Below are positions 9,164-16,256 of a stretch of DNA of 64,000 bases, piece after piece (the first letter of the stretch is position 1; each line of letters begins with the position of its first letter). Source of the DNA: Bacteroidales bacterium. GTDB taxonomy: Bacteria > Bacteroidota > Bacteroidia > Bacteroidales > VadinHA17. A program made the position numbers and the translations under genes. Location: contig OY764960.1 in assembly GCA_963668715.1 (NCBI GenBank), positions 2,959,602 to 3,023,601 of the forward strand. The letters are read 5' to 3'. The notes under the pieces were generated by a model. The model was not told the origin of the DNA, did not search any database, and saw only the letters and a program-made list of their open reading frames with translations.

Positions 9164-10354
9164 TTACAGACCGAGGAGTCTTTCCCTGGTAAAGACAATA
9201 TGAGCGGGGATATCACCTGTTACTGCCTCCCACTTTTTATTGCCTTCAGCATCGAAGCAGTAAACTGTCCCGGGAGTTAAATAATCACCGGCATCAGTAA
9301 CAAAGAATTCCCTGGTTTCAGGATTTACAGCAATACCATAAGGCGTTTCGATCATATCTTCCGTACCGTCTTTTATAAAGCTTCTGGATACAACATTTTG
9401 AGTCCCGGTATTAAAAAGAGTATAGGATACGGTTGTTGATCCTGTATCATAGTTGAACTCCGTGCTGCATATATATAATGAATCGCCGCACAGAGCAAGG
9501 TCACTGGCAGGTATGTTAAGTACATCTGAGACCCTGTCTTTATCAGGGTCAATAACATATATCTTAGACTCCGTATCATAATAGTCTCCCCGTGAGCTAA
9601 CATATATATTATCATAGTTGTCGATCTCCATACGGTGAAGATTAATACCGGCGATAATCTTGTTTGTCTCGGTGAAGGATTCAAGATCAATTACCGAAAC
9701 AGTATTATCATAGTCAGGCACCCTGTATCCTCCCGAGTTGGCTACATACAGTTTATTATTATAAATCACCATTTCTTCGGGTTGGTAGCCTACATTACAG
9801 GTGTCAATAATCTCATAAGTGGCAGTATCAATTTTAGCGACATAACCGAGCCTGGCATTTGGGTCGATAAGCACAGGCCCTGAATATGAGCTGACGTATG
9901 CATAATTTTTATCAAAGACTATGTAACGGCAGTTCGGGACTGTAATGGAAGTAATATGTTCTGCGGTATTAACATCCATTACCTCAATCAGGTTTGAGCA
10001 GTTTATGACTGCATATAGTTTATTTCCGTATATCTGTATGTCATTACCGACATCTCCAAGTTCATGTGTCACATAAGGATTCCTGTCTGCATAGATATTT
10101 TTATAATAGACCCCTGTTTCGTAGTCAAAATAATCCAGGCTTGCTTTATTACTCCCCATATTTCCCTCATTAAGAAGGAAAAAGCCTCTTACAGAGTCTG
10201 TTTCATTACTGCCGGCGCCTACATCTGTAGCATCCGGTTTAATGATGGGATCATCTTTCCGGCATGAATGGATAAGAATGAAAAGCGGAAATACCAATAA
10301 TATTACGATTGTTTCCGGTTTGGATCTGAAAAAATAATTTACACTGGTTTTCAT
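9164..10354 (-). CDS. YncE-like beta-propeller surface lipoprotein, BtuG-like candidate
   Basis: Lipobox LIHSCRKDD, whose K-D-D matches the Bacteroidota lipoprotein export signal. Repeated propeller-blade-like segments are present (LNEGNMGSN..., GDVGNDIQIYGNKLYAV..., LYVANSGG...). It lies immediately downstream of, and overlaps by 4 nt with, the riboswitch-controlled TonB-dependent receptor, as btuG does relative to btuB in Bacteroides. Confidence 0.6.
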   Translation of the reverse strand: MKTSVNYFFRSKPETIVILLVFPLFILIHSCRKDDPIIKPDATDVGAGSNETDSVRGFFLLNEGNMGSNKASLDYFDYETGVYYKNIYADRNPYVTHELGDVGNDIQIYGNKLYAVINCSNLIEVMDVNTAEHITSITVPNCRYIVFDKNYAYVSSYSGPVLIDPNARLGYVAKIDTATYEIIDTCNVGYQPEEMVIYNNKLYVANSGGYRVPDYDNTVSVIDLESFTETNKIIAGINLHRMEIDNYDNIYVSSRGDYYDTESKIYVIDPDKDRVSDVLNIPASDLALCGDSLYICSTEFNYDTGSTTVSYTLFNTGTQNVVSRSFIKDGTEDMIETPYGIAVNPETREFFVTDAGDYLTPGTVYCFDAEGNKKWEAVTGDIPAHIVFTRERLLGL

Positions 10355-12366
10355 ATTGTTACGGTAATAATGAATTTATAATTTATGCCAGGCATAGGAT
10401 AGCACTGAACAACTTCATATTGTTGGTTGAAAAGATTATTAACCTCGGCAGTAAGCCTTATATCATGGTTATTGCGTTTTGTTTTCCATGAGAGGGAAAG
10501 ATCGCTGGTATACCATGGCTGAGTATAGTTCTCGACTATATTGGCTTGCGACTCATACCGCTCGCCGGTATAAATGAAACTATAATTTAGTTCCCATTTT
10601 TTATAGCTGCTGTTAATTATCAGCGAACCGCTGTGCCAGGGAATGTAAGGTATTTGCCCTCCGTAATAATTACTTGCAGGATCAGTGAAATCCTGAGCTT
10701 TCTGGTATGTATAACTGATCCTTGCATCCAGTAAAAAATCATTACCAATATTAAAGCTATTCAAAGCAGAAAGATCAAACCCTCTTATTTCAACATACCC
10801 CAGGTTGACCATAGTCCATCTGAACTGGTTTGATGTGGGCATTGCTACAATTTTATCGGATACTGTGTTGTAATATGCATCGAGCTGTATCTCTATGTTT
10901 TTTAAGTGTTTAAGCGATGTCTCCGTGGAATATGTCATTCCCAGGTTATATTGAGTGGTATATTCAGGATCAAGGTCTGCGTTACCTATGAAAGTATAAT
11001 ACAGGTCATTCAGGGTAGGCATCCTGAAGATATGCTTATAAAAGGCACGCAGGTTAAAATCATGTGTTTTCCATGGTTTGAAGGAAGCAATGACTGTTGG
11101 AGTGAGCTTATTCTTATCGTCAGCAGCATTTTCTCCGGTAAGGGTTTCTTCGTGAACATAAGTGTCCAGAATACTTGCCTGAATTTTAAAACGGTCGAAA
11201 TGCAGGGCAGTTGCCAATGCAATCAGGCCGGTATACCTTCGGGGATAGACAAAGCCATACAGATCAGCATTGAGCAGGTTCCATTGAAAATCAGTTGAAA
11301 TGTTAACTTCCCAGAAGGGGAGGATAAAATAGCGATTGGCTGACGAAATGTATATTTCATGCTGATAATAATGATTATTTATGTACATGGTTGAGATATC
11401 CAGTTCGGGATCGGATAAGTAGTGCAGGTAATCGTATGCATACTTGCATTTGAACATGGTGCTGAACTTATTAAAGGATTTTTTGAAGGAAGACTGGAGG
11501 AAGATGTTGGTATCCCATTGTCTGTCCTGATTTTTAAAGCGTCCGGGTTCTTCTCTTACACAGGCTCCAGGGTATCCTCTTTCGGAGTTATAGAAATAAA
11601 GCTTAGCGTCCCAGTACCCATTGTTATTTAATTTGCCATTCAAGCCATATTCGACCCTTATTGCCTCAACGTCACCGTTCTGTCTTATTGCAGTTGTGTC
11701 ATAGCCATCCTTTTTTGTATAAGTAAATTTGTATTTGCCGTTGGTGTGCATGTATTCAGCATTTATTGAGCCTGACAATGATTCCCTGAGTTTTTTTTCG
11801 AAAAGGATTGATGGGTTGAAGACCCCGAAAGAACCTGTTTTTATTTTTGCCCGGAGATTGGTTGTTTTACAACTGTCAAAAGCAGGTTTCTTCGTCTGCA
11901 GATACAGGGCCCCTGCAGATCCGTAATCCCTGGCAGACTGAAATATTTTGCTTCTTTGCCCGTTATAGACCGAAACCGATTCCATATTATCAAGAGAGAA
12001 CCTGCCGAGATCAATGATACCGTTTTGGGCATTGCCCAATTGAACATCATCATAAAAAATACCTACATGCTGGCTTCCCATGCTTCTGATGTTCACTGTC
12101 TTTAAGCCTCCGATACCCCCGTAGTCCTTTATCTGTATTCCCGAAAAATATCTTATGGCATCGGAAACCGAGTGTACGCTTAGTTTTTGCAGTTCCTTTC
12201 CCTTAAGCATCTGGACAGGAATAACTTCTTTTTCAACCCGGCGGGCTGTTACCACAACTTCATCTATATGTTGTATACTGTCAAGCCTGCTTTGTGAGTT
12301 GGCAGGACATGACACAAAGAGTAAAAAAGCAATTATCAAAAAAATAACATATCCCCGGTCTAACAT
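10351..12366 (-). CDS. btuB: TonB-dependent outer-membrane receptor, cobalamin type (riboswitch-controlled)
   Basis: Signal peptide, plug-domain motifs (DEVVVTARR, VSDAIRYFSGIQIKDYGG, IRSMGSQHVGIFYDDV) and a 671-aa beta-barrel length. A cobalamin riboswitch lies ~140 nt upstream on the same strand. Confidence 0.8.
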   Translation of the reverse strand: MLDRGYVIFLIIAFLLFVSCPANSQSRLDSIQHIDEVVVTARRVEKEVIPVQMLKGKELQKLSVHSVSDAIRYFSGIQIKDYGGIGGLKTVNIRSMGSQHVGIFYDDVQLGNAQNGIIDLGRFSLDNMESVSVYNGQRSKIFQSARDYGSAGALYLQTKKPAFDSCKTTNLRAKIKTGSFGVFNPSILFEKKLRESLSGSINAEYMHTNGKYKFTYTKKDGYDTTAIRQNGDVEAIRVEYGLNGKLNNNGYWDAKLYFYNSERGYPGACVREEPGRFKNQDRQWDTNIFLQSSFKKSFNKFSTMFKCKYAYDYLHYLSDPELDISTMYINNHYYQHEIYISSANRYFILPFWEVNISTDFQWNLLNADLYGFVYPRRYTGLIALATALHFDRFKIQASILDTYVHEETLTGENAADDKNKLTPTVIASFKPWKTHDFNLRAFYKHIFRMPTLNDLYYTFIGNADLDPEYTTQYNLGMTYSTETSLKHLKNIEIQLDAYYNTVSDKIVAMPTSNQFRWTMVNLGYVEIRGFDLSALNSFNIGNDFLLDARISYTYQKAQDFTDPASNYYGGQIPYIPWHSGSLIINSSYKKWELNYSFIYTGERYESQANIVENYTQPWYTSDLSLSWKTKRNNHDIRLTAEVNNLFNQQYEVVQCYPMPGINYKFIITVTI

Positions 12367-12503
12367 TATCAGCCAGTTAAATAATATTCAACAGCTTGCC
12401 GAAAATAAGCACATGAAGAATTTTAAAGATGGCGGGATCGGTTATTGTCCCATATTCTTACGAGTCCTTCAGTTTTATTCCCCGAAAACCAAATAAAATA
12501 TTC

Positions 12504-12685
12504 ATTTTGGCAGGTTTTCTGACTTACTCTGTCTTTGAACGCCCTTCCCATCCCGGGTTTTCGGGACAGTGGATTGAGTATTGTTCAAAGATTTTGGAAG
12601 AGCTTACAGCAGCGGGTCTGTTCAGGATTTACACCTGATTCCCTTTTCACCATTTTTACGAAAATGTAAAATATGGCACCAAAAT
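12504..12685 (-). promoter_or_regulatory. Cobalamin (AdoCbl-type) riboswitch
   Basis: The minus strand reads GGGAATCAGGTGTAAATCCTGAACAGACCCGCTGCTGTAAGC (12643-12602). It continues CCACTGTCCCG...GGGATGGGAAGGGCG and ends with the B12 box AAGTCAGAAAACCTGCC (12525-12509). A P1 helix can form between ATTTTGG (12685-12679) and CCAAAAT (12510-12504). I matched this to the RF00174 consensus from memory only. Confidence 0.85.
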
Positions 12686-12691
12686 CTGTGA

Positions 12692-12699
12692 CAAAAATA
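12692..12699 (-). promoter_or_regulatory. Bacteroidota -7 promoter-like box (TATTTTTG) for the riboswitch operon
   Basis: TATTTTTG on the minus strand ends 6 nt before the predicted P1 5' arm of the riboswitch. Confidence 0.45.
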
Positions 12700-12821
12700 A
12701 TGGATTGCTGTAAACAAAAATATGTTTGATATCAGTTTTTATGAAAACAAAGGGTTTGAAAGTCTGAGGCTGGCAAAGTGCATAGTGAAAAGCCTACAGT
12801 ACACAATGTTAATTCGTTGAT

Positions 12822-12877
12822 TTGTTAAGTTGTTAAGTTGTTAAGTTGTTTAGTTGTTAAGTTGTTTAGTTGTTTAG
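12822..12877. repeat. Tandem 8-nt word array (TTGTTAAG/TTGTTTAG x7), word family D
   Basis: Read directly: ttgttaag x3, ttgtttag, ttgttaag, ttgtttag x2. The same words recur at 46242-46298. Confidence 0.9.
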
Positions 12878-12930
12878 GAGATTACATTCTGTTGGCATGG
12901 ACAGGGAAGCATTGATTGCCTGCTTATTTG

Positions 12931-13422
12931 TCACAATTTGAGTCCGTAGTATAAATGATCCCTCTCATTACCGTTGAAATCCGCGACCCGTGGCATCCTT
13001 CCCCATTCTTTGAACCCGAATTTATTGAGGAGTCTGATACTGGCTTCATTATGCGCAAGCAGAATAGCTATAAGAGTTCTGAAACTATAATAAGGAGCTT
13101 CTTTTATACCGTAGTCCATAAGGGTGGTTCCGATACCTTTTGACCTGTATTTTTCATGCACGTAATAACTGATCTCGGCAGTATATCTCATTGCCTGTCT
13201 GCGGGGACGGTAAGGGCTGAAGGAAAAATAGCCTGCCGTTTCTGCTGCATCGACTGCAACAAACACCGGGTATCTGGATCTGTCACAGGCATTCCACCAT
13301 TTTTCCCTTTCATCCATTGAATAGGGGACCATGTCGGCTGTCGAAGTTTCATATGGTATCACCTGGTTGTAAATATTATTAATGGCTTCCAGGTCGTTAG
13401 TATTTGCTTTACGGATAAACAT
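12931..13422 (-). CDS. GNAT family N-acetyltransferase (phosphinothricin acetyltransferase-like)
   Basis: MFIRKANTNDLEAINNIYNQVI..., acetyl-CoA motif RSKGIGTTLM, ~163 aa. I prefer the ATG at 13422 over the GTG at 13455 in the ORF track. Confidence 0.75.
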   Translation of the reverse strand: MFIRKANTNDLEAINNIYNQVIPYETSTADMVPYSMDEREKWWNACDRSRYPVFVAVDAAETAGYFSFSPYRPRRQAMRYTAEISYYVHEKYRSKGIGTTLMDYGIKEAPYYSFRTLIAILLAHNEASIRLLNKFGFKEWGRMPRVADFNGNERDHLYYGLKL

Positions 13423-13469
13423 GACTGCAAGATAAAAGGAAAAAGTACAAAGCACAAACAGACAGTCTC

Positions 13470-13504
13470 TTTATCTGCAATACTATGGCGGAGAGAGAGG
13501 GATT
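13470..13504. repeat. 35-nt direct-repeat copy of the tRNA-Ser 3' end plus its downstream flank (att-like)
   Basis: tttatctgCaatactatggcggagagagagggatt (13470-13504) versus tttatctgTaatactatggcggagagagagggatt (13812-13846). There is one mismatch and the offset is 342 bp. Confidence 0.9.
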
Positions 13505-13827
13505 AAGCTCCCCGTGGTCGGTTTTCCTGTTGGGGGCATAGTATTTATTTTTTTAACCTTCGGTTTTTATTTCAGTCATTCCCCCACTTTTAAAAGTAAG
13601 CTTTTAACAAAGCGGGGATTATTCGTCGCTTGCCCTGTCCGTTTGCGACGGAACAGGGCAAATCTCCTCATGATCCGCAGTAGGGAAGCTCCATAGTATT
13701 TCCAGATATACGCACCTGACGGTGCTACTATTTAAAAAGGCATACTCCCTTACAAAAGCAAGCTTTTGACGGGGTATGCCTTTTCAAACAGAAACCCACG
13801 CTTGCGTGGGTTTTATCTGTAATACTA

Positions 13828-13919
13828 TGGCGGAGAGAGAGGGATTCGAACCCTCGGTCCCGATTACTCAGGACAACGGTTTTCGAGACCGCCCCGTTCG
13901 ACCACTCCGGCATCTCTCC
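13828..13919 (-). tRNA. tRNA-Ser (anticodon CGA), CCA encoded
   Basis: The minus strand reads GGAGAGATGCCGGAGTGGTCGAACGGGGCGGTCTCGAAAACCGTTGTCCTGAGTAATCGGGACCGAGGGTTCGAATCCCTCTCTCTCCGCCA. It folds as a cloverleaf with a long variable arm, anticodon loop CUCGAAA and T-loop GTTCGAATC. Confidence 0.9.
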
Positions 13920-14074
13920 GTTAACAGGGTGCAAATCTACAAAATATTAATCCTAATACACACGGGATTAGCCTGAAAATATTATTTTAATTATTGAATG
14001 GAGTTTGCTTAAAACTTGTTATTTTGTAAATTCTTTGAACCCAAAAATTAATATAAATAAAAATATCAAAGGTC

Positions 14075-16177
14075 ATGAGAAAGCTTATACCAATACTATT
14101 ATTGCTTCTGGTTACAATAGTTTCATGTAATCAGGATAAGGCAGGCGGGGATAAAGGAAACCCGTTTTTTTCGGAATATGACACACCCTTCGGTGTGCCT
14201 CCATTCGATCTGATAAAGTACGAACATTATATTCCGGCATTTGAGAAAGGAATGGAAGAAGAAAAGACAGAAGTTGAAGCAATCCTGAGCAACAGCGAAG
14301 AGCCTACATTTGAGAATACAATTACGGCTCTGGACAATGCCGGTAAACTTCTGAATAAAGTGTTATATGTGTTTTCCGGACTAAGCAGTGCCAATACCGG
14401 GACTGAATTGCAGGAGATACAGATGGATATATCACCGAAGCTGGCACAGCACAGTGATGAGATAAATCTTGACCCCAGGTTGTTTGACAGGGTTAAGGCT
14501 GTATATGATAACAAGGAAAAATTCGGGCTTACAAATGAGGAAGAGTTCATTCTTGAGAATATATATAAAAATCTCGTAAGAAATGGCGCTGCTCTGGACC
14601 CGGAAGATAAGGAAGAACTGAAAAAGATGAACCAGAGGCTTTCTGTTTTGCAGGTTGAGTTTGACCAGAATGTACTGGCCGAAACTAATAATTATATCCT
14701 GGAGATAAGTAAAGAAGAAGATCTCGCAGGTTTGCCCGAAGCAGTTATAAGCGCAGCAGCAGAGGCTGCCCAGGCACGGGGTTTGGAAGGTGAATGGGTG
14801 TTTACTACACAAAAACCCAGTATGTTACCCTTACTTCAGTATTCTGTTAATCCGAAACTGAGAGAAAGACTATATAATGCATATCTGAACAGGGCTAACA
14901 ATAATAATGATTATGACAATAAGGAGATTCTGGCGGATATAATGGAGATAAGGGCTGACAGGGCTAATCTTTTGGGTTATAAGACACATTCACACCTTGT
15001 GCTTGAACCCAGGATGGCCGGGAATCCGGATAATGTTTACGATCTGTTGAATACTTTGTGGAATGCAGCGCTGCCTGCAGCAAAAAAGGATCTTGCAGAA
15101 ATGCAAAAGATAGCAGACAGGGAAGGCAATGGTTATAAAATAAAGGCCAGCGACTGGTGGTACTATGCAGAAAAGCTGCGCAAGGAAAAATATGATCTTG
15201 ATGATAATGAACTAAGACCTTATTTCATGCTTGAAAATGTTAAACAGGGAGCATTTACCCTGGCTAATAAACTGTATGGTGTTACATTTACAGAGATAGC
15301 AGATATACCGAAGCCTCATGAAGAAGCCTCAGCCTATGAGGTGAAAGAAGAAAACGGAGATCATCTCGGTGTCTTATATATGGATTTCCATCCGCGTGAA
15401 AGTAAAAGTCAGGGTGCATGGTGCGGCTCATACAGGGATCACAAGATTGAGAACGGGAAGGTAGTCTCACCCGTGGTGACAATGGTGATGAATTTTACCA
15501 GGTCCAGCGGGGATAAGCCTTCATTACTGTCGCTTGACGAGGTAAGCACCCTTTTTCATGAGTTCGGACATGCACTTGACGGGCTGTTTTCTAAAAAAAC
15601 ATATGGCTATGAGTTCATTGCATGGGACTTTGTTGAACTGCCCAGCCAGATAATGGAACACTGGGTAACGGAGCCGGAAATGCTTAAGACTTATGCATTA
15701 CATTATGAAACAGGCGAACCGATGCCGGATGTACTTATTGAAAAAATAAAGAACAGTAGCTTTTTTAATCAGGGCTTCATAAAAGGAGAATATCTTGCCG
15801 CTTGTTACCTCGACATGGCTTATCATACAATAGGTCAGGATACTGAAGTTAATGTTCCTGAATTTGAAAAGAGCACTATGGAAGCGATAGGACTGATACC
15901 GGAAATAGAACCAAGGTACAGAAGTACCTACTTTGCGCATATAATAGGAGGCTATGATTCGGGATATTATTCATATGACTGGGCTGCTGTACTGGATAAC
16001 GATGCATATGAGGCATTTAAAGAAAAGGGAATTTTTGACAAGGAGACAGCCGGATCATTCAGGGAAAATGTCCTGGAAAAGAATGGGGTAATGGATGCTA
16101 TGGAAATGTACGTTAATTTCAGGGGAAGAAAACCTGACCGTACAGCATTTCTAAGAAACCTGGGTTTCCTGAATTAA
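14075..16177 (+). CDS. dcp: M3 family peptidyl-dipeptidase (Dcp / oligopeptidase A-like), lipoprotein
   Basis: HEFGHALD zinc motif, ~700 aa, lipobox IVSCNQD. Confidence 0.85.
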   Translation: MRKLIPILLLLLVTIVSCNQDKAGGDKGNPFFSEYDTPFGVPPFDLIKYEHYIPAFEKGMEEEKTEVEAILSNSEEPTFENTITALDNAGKLLNKVLYVFSGLSSANTGTELQEIQMDISPKLAQHSDEINLDPRLFDRVKAVYDNKEKFGLTNEEEFILENIYKNLVRNGAALDPEDKEELKKMNQRLSVLQVEFDQNVLAETNNYILEISKEEDLAGLPEAVISAAAEAAQARGLEGEWVFTTQKPSMLPLLQYSVNPKLRERLYNAYLNRANNNNDYDNKEILADIMEIRADRANLLGYKTHSHLVLEPRMAGNPDNVYDLLNTLWNAALPAAKKDLAEMQKIADREGNGYKIKASDWWYYAEKLRKEKYDLDDNELRPYFMLENVKQGAFTLANKLYGVTFTEIADIPKPHEEASAYEVKEENGDHLGVLYMDFHPRESKSQGAWCGSYRDHKIENGKVVSPVVTMVMNFTRSSGDKPSLLSLDEVSTLFHEFGHALDGLFSKKTYGYEFIAWDFVELPSQIMEHWVTEPEMLKTYALHYETGEPMPDVLIEKIKNSSFFNQGFIKGEYLAACYLDMAYHTIGQDTEVNVPEFEKSTMEAIGLIPEIEPRYRSTYFAHIIGGYDSGYYSYDWAAVLDNDAYEAFKEKGIFDKETAGSFRENVLEKNGVMDAMEMYVNFRGRKPDRTAFLRNLGFLN

Positions 16178-16199
16178 AAGTATATCAGGTAATAAATAC

Positions 16200-16247
16200 A
16201 ATAACCTGCCACTCTTCAGAACGAAAGGATAGCAGGTTATTTTGTTT
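16200..16247 (+). terminator. Hairpin terminator between convergent dcp and the TonB-dependent receptor
   Basis: AATAACCTGC (16200-16209) pairs with GCAGGTTATT (16232-16241), followed by TTGTTT. The loop is rather large (22 nt). Confidence 0.45.
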
Positions 16248-16256
16248 ATGATATAT

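Noticed and set aside
12155-12638. Plus-strand ORFs 12155..12496 and 12429..12638
   Set aside because: They run antisense across the TonB-receptor start and the cobalamin riboswitch. The conserved riboswitch motifs explain the sequence better.
13470-13700. tmRNA or a second (pseudo) tRNA using the duplicated tRNA-Ser 3' end; also the 60-aa ORF 13514..13696
   Set aside because: Only the last 19 nt of the tRNA are duplicated. There is no complementary 5' acceptor strand, D-arm or anticodon arm upstream, and no tmRNA tag-reading-frame features. The ORF uses a GTG start, has no coding-like composition and overlaps hairpins.
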